NCBI RefSeq assembly: GCF_963921235.1
Contig: NC_086108.1
Span: 9,424,001-9,488,000, forward strand
Source of the DNA: Mobula hypostoma
Lineage: Eukaryota
Direction of reading: 5' to 3'
DNA length: 64,000 nucleotides
Shown here: positions 48,590 through 63,374 of the stretch, one piece after another
Layout: every line of letters starts with the position of its first letter
Position numbering within the stretch: position 1 is the stretch's first letter
Notes under the pieces: generated by a model
What the model was told of the DNA's origin: nothing
Seen by the model: only the letters and a program-made list of their open reading frames with translations
Databases searched by the model: none
Program-made: the position numbers and the translations under genes

Positions 48590-48893
48590 GCGCGTGGCCA
48601 AGTGGTTAAGGTGCTGGTTTACTGATCTGAAGGTCGCTAGTTCGAGCCTTGGCTGAGGCAGCGTGTTGTGTTCTTGAGCAAGGCACTTAACCACACATCG
48701 CTCTGCGATGACACCGGTGCCAAGCTGGATGGGTCCTGATGCCCTTCTCTTGGACAACATCAGTGGCGTGGAGAGGGGAGACTTGCAGCATGGGCAACTG
48801 CCAGCCTTCCATACAACCTTGCCCAGGCCTGCGCCCTGGAAACCTTCCAAGGCGCAAATGCATGGTCTCACGAGACTAATGGATGCCTATAAA
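48590..48893 (+). mobile_element. tRNA-derived SINE
   Basis: A box TGGCCAAGTGG and B-box-like GTTCGAGCC, followed by a SINE body (ttgagcaaggcacttaacc) rather than a tRNA 3' end. Confidence 0.75.
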
Positions 48894-49087
48894 GAGTTAG
48901 AAACGTTGGGTGGGCTTGGAGCTGGATTTCTCTACAAGGCCCCGCTCCACAAAGTGAATGCTCATTTTCCAAAGGAGCTCTCTCCAATACACGCTCACTT
49001 CATGGAGACAGATCACACTTCAAAAACAGGTTTGTTAAAGCAATCTGCAAAGGCAGATTCTGTTAACTATGATAACGTATTCAGAAA

Positions 49088-49670
49088 GCAAATGAGGTTG
49101 TATAAGGCATTGGTGAGGCCGAATCTGGAGTATTGTGTTCAGTTTTGGTCACCAAATTACAGGAAGGATATAAATAAGGTTGAAAGAGTGCAGAGAAGGT
49201 TTACAAGGATGTTGCCGGGACTTGAGAAACTCAGTTACAGAGAAAGGTTGAATAGGTTAGGACTTTATTCCCTGGAGCGTAGAAGAATGAGGGGAGATTT
49301 GATACAGGTATATAAAATTATGATGGGTATAGATAGAGTGAATGCAAGCAGGCTTTTTCCACTGAGGCAAGGGGAGAAAAAAACAGAGGACATGGGTTAA
49401 GGGTGAGGGGGGAAAAGTTTAAAGGGAACATTAGGGTGGGCTTCTTCACACAGAGAGTGGTGGGAGTATGGAATGAGCTGCCAGACGAGGTGGTAAATGC
49501 GGGTTCTTTTTTAACATTTAAGAATAAATTGGACAGACACATGGATGGGAGGTGTATGGAGGGATATGGTCCGTGTGCAGGTCGGTGGCACTATGCAGAA
49601 AATGGTTCAGCACAGCCAAGAAGGGCCAAAAGGCCTGTTTCTGTGCTGTAGTTTCTATGGTTTCTATGGT
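49088..49670 (+). mobile_element. CR1 LINE 3' fragment
   Basis: RLYKALVRPNLEYCVQFWSP..FFTQRVVGVWNELP; (TTTCTATGG)2 tail. Confidence 0.9.
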
Positions 49671-50651
49671 CCCAATACAGAGCAAGTGTAAACCTTACCC
49701 TCAAGGCAAACAAGTGGGCAAAGCATCCCATTTAGCACCAAATGGCCAGCACCATTTTGTAGATAATTGTAGGATATCCACATTGCCAACTATAAAAAAT
49801 AACCTTAATTCATTAGGCATATTATATAGGAGCAGATTAAGGCCATTTGGCCCATTGATTCTGCCCCCCAATTTCATCATGGCTGATCCATTTTCCCTCT
49901 CAGCCCCAATCTCTTGCCTTCTCCCCATATCCCTTCATGCCTTAACTATATCAAGAATCTATGCTTTAAATATTTATTTTTAAATCAAGGTTTTCAGTCT
50001 TCCCTGCTACAGAGACTATTTGGATTTTCAGCTTGCAACCACACACCCACCAGAGATCAGCACCCACCTATTAACACTGAAACACAACTTAGCAGATGCA
50101 AATTTAGAGTTTGAATTTAGAACATAGACCAGTACAGCACAGAAACAGGCCATTTGGCCCGCAGTGTTGTCCTGAACCAGCTATAAGGCTTTTCAAAAAC
50201 ACCCAAACACTAATCACTCCTACCTATACCATGTCCATATCCCTAAACTCACCCTTCCCACCTTCCTCACATCCATGTGCCTATCCAAACGTCTCTGAAA
50301 AGCCTCTAATGTATTTGCCTCTACCACCACACCAGGCAGCGCATTCCAGGTATCCAAGACATTCTGAGTAAAAAAAAACTTACCCCTCACATCCCCCTTG
50401 AACCTACCCCCCTCACCTTCAATGCATGCCCTCTGATATTAGACATTTCTACCCTGGGAAACAGATACTCCCTGTCGACTCTATCTCTGCCTCTCATAAC
50501 CTTATAAACCTCAATCAGATCTCCCTCAGCCTCTGGCACTCCAAGGAAAACCCAAGTTTGTCTAGCCCTCTAAACCAGGCAGCATCCTGGTAAAATTCTT
50601 CTACTCCTTCTCTAAAGCCACGACATCCTTTATAAAGAGCATCTAACGGTT

Positions 50652-53600
50652 CATAGAAACATAGAAAACCTACAGCACTATACAGGCCCTTCGGCCCACA
50701 ATGCTGTGTCGAACATGTCCTTATTTTAGAAATTACTTAGGGTTGCCCATTGGCTTCTATTTTTCTAAGCGTCATGTACCTATCCAAGGGTCTCTTAGAA
50801 CATCCTATTGTATCTGCCTCCACCACCGTTGCCAGCAGCCCATTCCACACACTCACCACTCTGCGTAAAAAACTTACCCCGACATCTATACCTAATTCCA
50901 AGCACTTTAAAACTGTGCCCTCACACGTTAGCCATTTCAGCCCTGGGAAAAAGTCTCTGACTGTCCACACGATCAATGCCTCTCATCATCTTATACACCT
51001 CTGTCAGGTCATATCTCATCCTCCTTCGCTCCAAGGAGAAAAGGCCGAATTCACTCATAAGGCATGCTCCCCAATCCAGGCAACATCCTTGTAAATCTCC
51101 TCTGCACCTTTTCTATAGTTTCCACATCCTTCCTGTAATGAGGTGACCAGAACTGAACACAGTACTCCAGGTGGGGTCTGACCAGGGTCCTATATAGCTG
51201 CAACATTACCTCTCAGCTCTTGAGCTCAATCCATGGTTGACAAAGGCCAATGTACCATATACCTTCCTAACCACACTGTCAAACTGTGCAGCAGCTTTGA
51301 GTGTCCTATGGACTCGGACCCCAAGATCCCTCTAATCCTCCACACTGCCAAGAGTCTTACCATTAATACTACATTCTGCCATCATATTTGACCTACCAAA
51401 ATGAACCACCTCACACTTATCTGGGTTGAACTCCATCTGCCACTTTTCAGCCTAGTTTTGCATCCTATAGATGTCCCGCTGTAACCTCTGACAGCCCTCC
51501 ACACTATCCACAACACCCCCAACCTTTGTGCCATCAGCAAATTTACTAACCCATCCCTCCACTTCCTCATTTAGGTCATTTACAAACATCACAAAGAGAA
51601 GGGGTCCCAGAACAGATCCCTGAGGCACACCACTTGTCACCATGCAGAATATGACCCATCTACAACCACTCTTTGCCTTCTGTGGGCAAGCCAATTCTGG
51701 ATCCACAAAGCAAGGTCCCCTTGGATCCCATGCCTCCTTACTTTCTCAATAAGCCTTGCATAGGGCATTTTATTAAATGCCTTGCTGAAACCCATATACA
51801 CTAAATCTACTACTCTACCTTCATCAATGAGTTTAGTCACATCCTCAAAGAATTGAGCAATCAGGCTCATAAAGCATGATCTGCCTTTGACAAAGCCATG
51901 CTGACTATTCCTAATCATATTGTGCCTCTCCAAATGTTCATAAATATTGCCTCTCAGGATCTTCTCCATCAACTTACCAATCACCGAAGTAAGACTCACT
52001 GGTCTATAATTTCCTGGGCTACCTCTACTCCCTTTCTTTAAGGGAACAATATCTGCAACCCTCCAGAACCTCTCCCGTCCCCATTGATGATGTAAAGATC
52101 ATTGCCAGAGGCTCAGCAATCTCCTCCATCTCTTCCCACGGTAGCCTGGGGTATATCTCGTCCGCTCCCAGTGACTTATCCAACTTGATGCTTGCCAAAA
52201 GCTCTAGCACATCCTCTTTCTTAATGTCGATATGCTCAAGCTTTTCAGTTCGCTGTAAGTCATCCCTACAATCACCAAGGTCCTTTTCCGTTGTGAATAC
52301 TGAAGCAAAGTATTTATTAAGTACCTCTGCTATCTCCTCCAGTTCTATACACACTTTTCCACCATCACACTTGATTGGTCCTATTCTCTCACGTCTTATC
52401 CCCTTGCTGTTCACATACTTGTAGAACGCCTTGGGGTTTTCCTTAATCCTGCTCACCAAGGCCTTCTCATGACTCCAGGCTCTCCTAATTTCATTCTTAA
52501 ACTCCTTCCTGCTAGCTTTTCTAGATCTCTCTCATTACCTAGTTTTTTGATCCTTCCGTAAGCTTTTCTTTTCTTCTTGACTAGATTTTCAACAGCCTTT
52601 GTACACCATGGTTCCTGTATCCTTCCATCCTTTCTGTTTCATTGGAACATACCTATGCAGAACACCACACAGATATCCCCTGAACATTTGCCACATTCCC
52701 CTGAGAATATCTGCTTCCAATTTATACTTCCAAGTTCCTGCCTGATAGCATCATATTTCCCCTTACTCCAATTAAACACTTTCCTAACGTGTCTGTTCCT
52801 ATCCCTCTCCAATGCTATGGTAAAGGAGATAGAATTGTGATCACTATTTCCAAAATGCTCTCCCACTGAGAGACCCGACACCTAACCAGGTTCATTTCCC
52901 AATACCAGATCAAGTTCAGTCTCTCTTCTTTAGACTTATCTAAATATTGTGTCAAGAAACCTTCCTAAACACACCTAACAAACTCCATCCCATCTAAATC
53001 TCTTGCTCTAGGGAGAAGCCAATCAATATTGGGGAAATTAAAATCTCCCATCACAACAACCTTGTTATTATTGCACCATTCCAGAAACCGTCTCCCTATC
53101 TGCTCTTCGCTGTCCCTGTTACTATTGGGTGGTCTGTAAAAAACACCCAGTATGAACCCCTTCCTGTTTCTAACTTCCACCCGGAGACCCAGTAGACAAT
53201 CCCTCCATGACTTCCTCCTTTTCTGCAGCCACGACACTATCTCTGATCAGCAGTGCCATGCCCCCACCTCTTTTGCTCCCCTCCTTGGCCTTTCTGAAAC
53301 ATCTAAAGCCTGGCACTCTAAGTAGCCATTCCTGTCCCCTAGCCATCAAAGTCTCTGTAATGGCCACAACATCATAGCTCCAAGTATTGATCCACGCTCT
53401 AAGCTGATCCACTTTGTTCATGATATTCCTTGCATTAAAATAGACACATCTCAAACCATGTCTGAGTGTATCCTTTCTGTATCACCTGCCTCCCTCTCAC
53501 ACTGTCTACAAGCTTTCTCGATTTGTGAGCTAACTGCCCCTTCCTGTCTCTTCAATTTGGTTCCCCCTCACTCCCCAGCAATTCTAGTTTAAACTCTCCC

Positions 53601-53870
53601 CAATAGCCTTAGCAAACCTCCCCGCCAGGATATTGGTCCCCCTGGGATTCAAGTACAATCCATCCTTATTGTACAGGTCACACCTGCCCCAGAAGAGGTC
53701 CCAGCGATCCAGAAATCTGAATCCCTACCGCCTGCTCCAATCTCGCAGCCACACATTTATCCTCCACCTCATTCTATTCCTATACTTACTGTCACGTGGT
53801 ACAGGCAGTAATCCCGAGATGACTACCCTTGTGGTCCTGCTTCTCTGCTTCTTTCCTAACTCCCTGTAGT
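50652..53870 (-). mobile_element. Degenerate long CR1 LINE including APE, RT and the end of an esterase-type ORF1
   Basis: YFNARNI..AITET, FYRPPN, MGDFNFP, GNSDH (APE); QHGF, PQGSVLGP, KFADG (RT). Upstream VVISGLLPVPR..WDLFWGR..DGLYLN resembles the SGNH esterase of CR1 ORF1. (CATAGAAA)n tail. Confidence 0.9.
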
Positions 53871-54174
53871 TGTTTTCAGGTTCCCTGGTAGTTTGTTAAT
53901 AATTTAACGAACCTCAGTGGTTTTAAATCTGGCAATTTCAGTGATGAACTGCATGTCTTATTTCCCACTCTCTGTGCTGCACGTGCTTGTGAAAGTGGAG
54001 GAGACAAGTCCTCAGTCCCCAAGTGCTCCCCCCCTCAACCCCAGCCATGGCAGAATCAGAAAACAGAAAGCACCTGAAATTTAGGCCAAGGTTAAAACTG
54101 ACCAAACAGACAGCCACAGTCTTTAAATAAAAACAGGGCAGTGCAGGCAAAGCAAAGCAAAGAAAACTGCAACA

Positions 54175-57100
54175 CTTACTCACTTTTGCATATTTATTGT
54201 TTAGTAAGAAAATTATTTTCGTGGCATCAGACAGAACACAAAGGGATGTCATAACTTTACACCAGAGCTGAGATTCCTGGTTTCATGGAGAGGCTTCAGC
54301 CTGCATAGGGGTGGATATTTTTGAAGTTTAGCAAATTAATAATATTAGGGTCAAATTCCAGAATCAACAAGGGTAAAGAACTCACAATTTGTTTCAATTT
54401 TTTTTTTAATTTAAAAAGAACAGGTGTGGGGAGTGCCTTTTAAGTTTTATTCCACAGAAAGTCGTTCAGTCCAAATTTCACTGCATCTCTAGAAGGAACT
54501 GAACTCTCTCTCCCCACCACCCCCCGACTCCCAACAACACACAAAACAAAGTAACGACTGGAACAGTAATATTTTATTTCTCTTCTTGTCGTACAGCAGC
54601 CAGCCAGTTGATCAGATAACCAAATGGGCAAGTGTCAACAGATGGGCTGAATACTGTGGGTGGCACGGCTTGGCCCAACACTATTCACACCCGACACCCA
54701 AACTGGCCCTTACTGGACTGAAGGAAACTGACTGGGAGGTCTAGGAAGCCTGTTAATTACTCAGTTCAGAACTACCACCAGCCCATGGGCAGCTGAGGTA
54801 TCACACTTGTGACAGTTCTGATTTCTGTGGGTGAGGTGCAGTTACCAGTAGCATCCTGAACAAGACGGGATCCTGCAGGGTTAAATCAGGCTGAGAGTGG
54901 GCAGAGGTAAATGAATGGCTACACCACAATGAAACAACCTGTTGCCTGTTATCCAGGACTGGAAGTTACATGCAGGAGGTAAAAGGCCCCACAGTTCAGC
55001 AGTGCCCTCCCAGAAATGGATATTTTCCCAACACATTTGATTGCCAAGGTGCTAAAAGAAAGGGAACAAGTGAAACCTTAGAAACCAGGAATGAGTCCGT
55101 TCCGGTCTTGGAAAAGTAAATATTTAAGGAACAGGCATATTCCAAAGATTGGCTATTAAATTTCCCCTCCCTGCCCAGCAGCAAACATCGCTGCTACAGA
55201 CCTCAATCTCTTCAACACCAGCTCCAACTTTACTTCGGTATTTCCACCATTTCTTTATACATCAAGCCCTCCCCCCTCCCTCCCATACCCCATCCAATTC
55301 TGTCTCGAGAAGTACAACTTCCCTTTTACACGAGGAAGCAAACCTGCTGCAAAGGCTTTTTAATAATAATCGTGTAATAGAAAAAAAGGTTACTTAACTT
55401 GTGTTTTAAACATGTATCGTAGCTTGTAAAAAAAAAGGGTGAAGTTTGAAACACAACAAACTTTAAATGACTTTGGCTTAGACCCCCATCTGGTGTGACT
55501 CATTCCAGATCTTAAACCCCAAATCTACAGTTAAGTAGATGCCCCGCTTGATGTACACCGCACAGTACAAAAGGCACACAACCCAGTCACATCTAGAAGT
55601 CAAAAGCGGGCAAATCCTCTTGACTTGCATCCCCCCCCCCCCACAAAAGATACTTCTGAGAGGGTTTCTAGAGTAGTCCACTCCCCAGTCCATTCCTGGA
55701 GCGAGTACATAGGCCCGGCCAATCACTCAGGTGCAGCTTGGCATCCACTGAAGGAAGTCACAGAATTCCGTCCCGTCCGAGTTACTGTCGACAGATTTTG
55801 AATTCCAGACAAACCAACTGGGTGTTAATCAAACCTCTCAAACTTCATACATTTTAATCGCTGTCTTCAGCAGGTTTAGAATTATTTAAAAGTACCAAAA
55901 CGACAAAGCACTGATTTCCAAGCCAGTGTGTTTTATACAGGATAACACAGGATACTGGAAAACAGATATCCCCGTAACTAGAGATTACAAATAGATTTTA
56001 GCAGTGTTTTAATCGACCAGTTAAATAATCTAAATGCTGCTGCAAAGCTATGAAATGGGAAGACTCAGGTGCTTGCTCAGGATGACGTTACTTAGAGCCA
56101 TGCACTGCTTCCCTGAAGGGGCCTATACACACCAGACCCTCAAGCACACAGGCCACAGCTTGTGTGAACAGGACTGAACCACATGGGAGGGTGAGGGTTG
56201 CTCAAATCGCTCACTTTGTGTTGCACTGAAACAGGAAACTGTTGCTATAGTAGCACCTCATCAATTGTGCAGCAGTTGATACCCAAAAAAAAATCTCCAA
56301 CACTCACTAATACACCCGAGACAGTAATGTGGGCTATTTATAAACCTAGTCCTCACCTTGCTTTGACTGAATAGGGAGAAGGGACAATACTGGCTGAATC
56401 CGTCAGGATGAAAGCCAGCATGTGTTGAACCTTGATACTGAGTGAGAGTGAGTGTGGGGGTGTGGGGGGGGGGTGATATTAGTCCCGGACAGGCCGAAAG
56501 CAGCAAGGTAAATAACTGAATTTGGATTATACAGAGCTATGCAATTCCTCAGTGACAGATGAGTGATTCAAGATTGCTGTTGGAATTCTCCAGACAGAAA
56601 AGCAGCCCATCTTTCATCAGATTCCAACTTCAAAGTGTTTTTTGCTGAAAATGTAATGAGCTGTGCCATGGGATGCTACCTTGCATTACAAAGGAGGCAA
56701 AGTGTTCCCCTAAACTGTTCTCTGTGACAATCACCACTGCCTGTATGCTTTTATCTTCCAAAGAAGAAAAGCAAATCCTTCATAGAGAACTATTAATAGA
56801 ATATTAAACCTACACAAAGTTTAGTCATGACCTGTAGCATCAACAACTTTGCCACAGATCAGAACATTTAACGAACAAAGTATTTTAGTTAGTGGAAAGG
56901 GTTAGATTAATGTCTTGGGTAGCTGTCCTCAGTTTTGTAGCTTTGAATTCAGCTGAGGATGTTAGATCACGCAGCCTCGTGTCCTTCTTTCCCAGATGGT
57001 CACAGGTCAGACCTTAGAGCCTGCAGACAGATCGGCCGGGGGTGACAATGCTGGCGAGCCAGGGATGAGTGACTGGAGTCCAACGTGTAGGGAGAGGGAC

Positions 57101-60100
57101 AGAACTGATGGAGTTGGGACAACCCAAGAGGCAAGCTTCAGATAGCCTCACTGTTCTGGCACACTTACAATGCAGGGGCTGCAGCACAGGATGAGAGTTA
57201 CAGCTCATTTAAGGAGAAAAATAAAACTAACTGAAGAGTGAAGTCCTTTCATGGAGTTTGCAACATTGAGTTGCAATTTGGAAGATGTTTGCCAAACACA
57301 TGCATTCTTCCAGGAACCAGCCACACTTCCAGTTTCAATAACATTTAACAGAAATGATGGCAAGATGTACTGGTTCAGCGGAGACTGATGGAAGCCTAAC
57401 TTAAATAATTTATCGAGGTGCATGTTTAAACAGACCCAAGTGTAAACATGCTCTAACACAGCTGGGCTAGGGTTCCCTGTACCAAAGAAACAACTTCAGC
57501 ACCCAACTGGAGTCTAGACTATCACAGGTAGAGAGGGCCAGCACAGAAAACAGCGAGAGACCCTTTACCAGAAAGCAAGCAAGCAAAACAACTAAAAGAC
57601 AACCCTTCTACAAGTAAATGCACTGACACAAGGACAGAAAACACCAAGGGCATCTCACTTTCACAGAATGAGAGGAGCTTAGGTACCAAAAAAAAGGGCA
57701 AGTGAAGTGGGGACATTCTTGCTTAGAGGATAGTTCTGTGTCCAGTATATTTAGGACGGACAAAGCCTTTTGAATGCTTGTCAAAGTCGAGATAAACCAC
57801 AAGGTAAACAGAAAAGACAAGGAGCATCTATGCACTCTGCATGCTGCCTGGAATAACAGACCAACTCTCAGGTATAAACCCTGGCTTAAAATAAAGTCCC
57901 CGTGGTATTTGTTATATCAACTTCAAAAATACAATCCATGTGACTCTGCAACAGGGTAGAAGAAGGGGTTGTTGCTAATACACATTTTGTGCTCAGTTCA
58001 GATCTGAAGGTACAAATTTCAGCTGAGATTCTTCTTGCTAATGTGGAATTTTGTCAAAATTTTGCTTCTGTTTGAATGCTGCAAAGGAAATGTATCTCAG
58101 TTTGCTGATGCTGAAATCAGCAAAGCAAATTGTTTTGCAGGAGCCTGGCGACTGAAGAGCATGAAGATATGTAGGATGATTTGGCGTCCCATTCAAGTGG
58201 ATTATTTGTGAAACAGACAGAAATAAATTTGTGGCTCTCCAATTCCATAGTTGCCTTTTTCTTTTACAAAGTGGATTTCTGCCAGCAGGTGAGGGCAATC
58301 CTTTCCCACCATCATGGTATCACTGACCAAGCCCAGACAACACAGTGTTTGATCGTTTGAGATGGCCGCCTTGTGCACGCCTCTTCAAGATGACAGCTTC
58401 TTACCAAATGGACAAATTTGGAATAATTCTCTTGACGAGAACCACTGAAATCCAAAGTCATTTAAAGCCATGCCTGTGTTATACATGCCCCCTCTTCCCT
58501 CTTAAAATGTAAACACATAAAAGTCCTTTTACTACTGAAGCCACAAGACTCCAGGCAAAAAAAGTGATTCATATAAACAGGCCCTTATAGCACTGAAACC
58601 CTTTCAAGAATTATTCTCACTTTTCCATACATACGTTCACTATATACATGAAACCATTTTTCTTTGAACATACACACCCCCCTCCCCCATTCTGTGCCTC
58701 ATGCTAGAAAGTTATGACCCATGAACTCTTAAATGTAACTAAGCAACTGGGAAGTTACAAATACACAACTCCCAAATACTTTGCTTTGTTAACTTTTTCC
58801 AGCAAAAAATGTTTATCGTTCTTTACATCAAAAGAAATATCGTGTTCTGAAAGCATCATTACAGAAGAACTTTCTTTTCCTTGGTAACATGTTGCATTTT
58901 GTTTAATTGGGGCGAGAAATTGTTCAAAGGCAAGACTGATTTTTTGGCTTAATTAGTCCACATTCCCACTGATATGTAGTAACACTTCTCATCAAAGCAA
59001 AGGCACAAGAAGAAACTTGTCTGCAAATATGAAACATCCACGTCAATTTTACGCAGACAGTTCTGCATTTAGGATGCAAACACAGAAAGTGGAAGTTTTC
59101 AGTTTGAAATATTTCAGTGAACACATTCTCTCTCTCCAATGCCTTTTGCTGGTTGCCAAAGTGAACCTGCAGATGTTGGTCTTTCCCTGGCATGTTGCTG
59201 TTCAATGGCATGTGGGTGGGAGCATTCTCTGGGGTTGGATACATTACAGGTGATCTGTAAGACCTTGGTAGAAAGATTTTTTCTGCTGCTCTGGTACAAG
59301 AACAAGAGTTCAGGAAATGAAAAAGTTTCACTCTGGGTTTCAGGGGGTTAACATGTCAGTGATAAGCCGTAAAGAATCAGGGAGATGGTGGGACACAGGT
59401 GAAGGGGGAAGGGAGTGCATTGCCTGCTTTATGCTTTGAAAGGACTGATGTTGTCTCATGGGTCAATGACAGAATCCTTCAGCCGCTTGAAGTTCAACCA
59501 TTGGATCCAGTCCCAGACCATCTGCAGATTGTTTATCCATGTTTCTAGGTGTTGCTCCTTAAAGCATCACCAGCCAACCCAATACAGGGACTTTTTTTCC
59601 CCCAAACTGTTACACCGCTATGGAAATTACAACTAGGGTCTGCATCTCTTGCTTGGTGTTCCAAGAATCAGCCACCCTTTTCCAGAAAGATCACGGCAGC
59701 CTTCACGGAATTCCAAAGTAAACCAAATGCTCTGGGGTAAGACTCTTTCAAGATCTCAGTTAAATTGAAAGCAACCAGGATGGGCTGGATGGGAAGGCAG
59801 CGAGAAGTGCATCAGAAAGAAAAGGAGATAGTTGGCTCCTGTTACAGGTCCACAGCGTAGAAATTGGACATACAATATCAACCGTAAAGTACAAGAGTAA
59901 ATTCAGTCCAAACAGTGCTAACTTGGAGTTGTGTAAATGTATTTTTGCCATCAATACAAGCACAAATGCACAGATATAACCCCAGAAAAAATGTCAGTTA
60001 TTTTTCTCCACTTTCTTCAGCCCCTCAATGAATATGCTGGAGCTGTTTCGCGAATGCAACCATTGTTTTATCTAGTAATGCGTGCTTCAGAACAGAACAT

Positions 60101-60652
60101 CTCTTAGATAGTTTAAATTTCTTAAATGGTTAACTTGCTTGCATCACTTTGACCAGAGATTTTCTGTTAAATTAGTGACAGACAGACAAACTCCAGATCT
60201 GCACAGCTGCTAAGTACTGCATGCATCGGTACCAGACCTGAATGACCACACAGTAATTAACGCATGCAGGTTTCTATTAAGACCATTATATCAGTCCAAG
60301 AGTTCCCGTCTCTCCTCTGTCATGAGCACTGCTCAGCACCTTGCACTGTCAATCACTAATTTCATATTAGTTCCCAGTTTTTTTTTAAATTAAGTTGAGC
60401 TAAATGTATTTGTACCGGTGCTGAACCTTTAACCAGATGGATACTGAAGAAAAAAAAGTTAAAGTAAAAAATATAATGGGAAACAGACTGAAACTAGTTT
60501 GGCTTTCAGTCTGATTCCCCTGAGGTTAAATAAAGATCAGCGAAAATATACATTGTAAGGTGTAGTGACCCCATCAAACATCAGTGGCATTTCCTGCAGC
60601 TGTTGTGTAATGTCAGTCTCTCAACAAGTGTTCACAAGCGGAATACGGCCGA
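54175..60652 (-). other. SAMD4B: Long 3' UTR of the SAMD4 (Smaug) gene
   Basis: Continues from the stop at 60655-60653. No transposon recognised over ~6.5 kb. Minus-strand AATAAA at 54578-54573 and 54198-54193, each followed by a GU/U-rich downstream element. Confidence 0.65.
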
Positions 60653-60681
60653 CTAAATAGTTGACGTCTTGTCCACTCCAT
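60653..60681 (-). CDS. SAMD4B: Terminal coding exon of a Smaug homologue ((D)GVDKTSTI*)
   Basis: Acceptor gctgacataatttcctttcactttaacag|AT with a CTGAC branch point; phase 1 fits the upstream exon; matches the SAMD4 family C-terminus. Confidence 0.88.
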
Positions 60682-61810
60682 CTGTTAAAGTGAAAGGAAA
60701 TTATGTCAGCGGTATCACTGTAAGACAGTTCCATCACTACTGTTTCTTGTCTAAACTTGCCTCTGCCACCTGACAAATGGGTTTTATCTATGCAATAATA
60801 CTCAACACAATACATATAAGATAGCTTATATACATAAATTGACTATGTCTATAAAGTGATGCTAGGCACAGGAGTGTCTGTACTCTGTACATAAGGTGAT
60901 TGACAGGAAATGATAAAGTAGTGGTGGCTGGGGGTGTGGTGGGGTGGGTCAGTGGGTGGAGGTGTTGATCAGCCTTAATGCTTTGGAAGAAGAACCATTT
61001 TTGAGTCTGGTGGTCCTGACATGGACGCTACATAGCCTCCTCCCTGATGGGAGTGAGACAACAGGGTATTTATTTATTGAGATACGAGCCACGCCACCCA
61101 GCAATCCCTCGATTTAATCAAAGGACAATTTACAATGACCAATTAACCTACCAGCTGATACATCTTTGGACTGTGGGAGGAAACCAGAGCAACTGGAGGA
61201 AACCTATGCAGTCACAGGGAGAAGGTACAAACTCCTTACAGGCACTGGCACAAATTGAACCCACGTTGCCTGTACTGTAAATTGTTCTGCTAACCACAAT
61301 GCCACCATTACTGGCCCTATTCCAGCACCTTTCTGTATATATGTCTTTGATGTGGGGGGGGCGGGGAAGGGGAGAGGTTGGTGATGCATTAGGCAGTTTT
61401 GACTACCTGCTGTCTGCTGCAGTGCAGTTTCACTACCAGGCAGTGATGCAGCATGTTGGGATGCTCTCTACTATGCATCTGCACAATGTGAGTATTGATG
61501 TGCATACTCCAGCTCTCTTCAGAAAGTAGAGGCATTGGTGAGTTTTCCTGACTGTGTAGGATGTGTTCTGGAACGAGAGGTCGTGTGAGAAGTGCACTTG
61601 CAGGAGTTTGAAACCTATATATTGAAGAACCATTTTCAGATCAAATTATCACCAAAGCATTAACATTGTATAAAATCATTTTTTCCTCCAATCAAATTCA
61701 CACTCCCTTAACCAATAGGTTAAGGGCTCAATAGCAATTGTTTAATCTATTATTACAGCTGGCTCTGAAGGAACACATCTAAAAATGAAGTTTAAAGTAT
61801 ATATTGTATG

Positions 61811-62170
61811 GTACTGTGCCTATATATTATAGGCACATGTAAAAAACTCTGTAATGCAAAAATGATTTCAAAATTAATGAAAAGTTTCAAATATCAAAAA
61901 ATTACTATAAAGAGCAATAAACAGCAAAAAAAAACTAAATCAAATCAAAATTTGGTGTGACTACCCTTTGCCTTTAAAATTGCATCAATTCCCTTCGGTA
62001 CACTGTCGTGCAGTTTTATAAAAAAGTCAGCTGGTATGTTGTTCCAGGTACCTGGGAGAACCTGCCACAGATCTTCTGCAGACTTTGGCTGATCAGGGCT
62101 CTGTGGAGGCCATACCACCTGAAACCTTGTTAAGCAAAAATCTAGGGTGCCTAAGACTTTTGCACAGTAA
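61811..62170. mobile_element. Tc1-like non-autonomous remnant
   Basis: Right end gtgcctaagacttttgcacagTA and a degenerate left end TActgtgc..aggcac. Confidence 0.45.
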
Positions 62171-63374
62171 TGTATGTCCCTGCAAGTCTTGGCATTCTGG
62201 GTTTCACAGAGGAAGCTTGCTCCTCAGGTGTGCAACCACTACAGCAGCACATACACTGTTGCTACAAAATAGATTTCAATCTTTACAAATCTGATGGCTT
62301 CGGGAGGGTCATTTGGACAGATGTAAAAGAGAGCTGAGATGTAACCTCTTTACACAGTACTCGGAATGAGCTGCCAGAGGAATGGTTGAGGTGGGTACAA
62401 TTCCAAAATTACGATAGGTACATAGACGGACTGAATGTGGGCAACTGACACTAGCAGGCAAGACTGCTGTGGGCAGCGTGGACCAGATGGACCTGTTTGC
62501 TTGCTGTGTGACTCCAGGACTCTGCTTCCTACTGATTTGTTAAAACTGGAAGTGGTGGTGAAGCGAAGAGAGAAAGAACTACATTGTGGTAACATTAGTA
62601 TATGTTGAATACATTCAGATCCAATCCTTGTAGGTTAATATCTTCAGAATACCCAAGAAATTGTAACAATCTCCCCAAACGCAAGTCATAGATAAAGCTC
62701 GTTTATCCTATGGTCACTACAATTTCCCTTTAGGACTTCTACATCTTCATTGAGGTGACGTTACACCACAACAATTTTCCCATAAATACACTACCAGCAT
62801 TTATTGCCCAGCCAATATGGTGATGATTAACTGGAGTGTTGAACCTTTGCAGCTTTCAGTGAAGGAGTGGTGCTCCAGCACTTAGTCCCCTAATCAATAT
62901 GTCCAAGCAGAAAATCTGAAGGTGAATGTGCAGGTGAAGGATTTCCTCATCTGCACCCTCCTCAGTAGCGGCTGTCAGAGACCCCAGTAAGTAACTGTGG
63001 TGTGTTCTATACATAGCACTACAGGAAGTGAATATTTAGGGTGACAGTGCTTTTTTCCTGCCCTGGATGGTACCAAACACATTATTGTCGAGTAACTATG
63101 AACAGTTTCCGCCAATATTCACATCACTTCACCTTACAGATGGAGGAATGACTGAAGAGTGAAATGAGGAATGACTGGGTGCTCAAGTGAGACACTTGAG
63201 CACCCAGCTTCTGACCTGCTTCTTTATCCAGTGTGTCTATGCTTGATGCAGTCAACTTTCTGTACAATGGTGTAATCTCAAATTCTGATGGGCAGTAACA
63301 ACATACATCCTTTTCCCAAGTGATTTCCACTCAGCCCGTAGAATTCAAGGTGGAATCCATGGTGGAAGACCTAC

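Noticed and set aside
48590..48660. tRNA gene
   Set aside because: A/B boxes are present but there is no convincing acceptor stem or terminator, and it continues into a SINE body.
48708..49400. 230-aa chimeric ORF
   Set aside because: Chance read-through from SINE and unique DNA into a CR1 fragment.
60621..60815. 64-aa tracked ORF over the SAMD4 last exon
   Set aside because: Wrong frame; the phase-1 splice gives DGVDKTSTI*.
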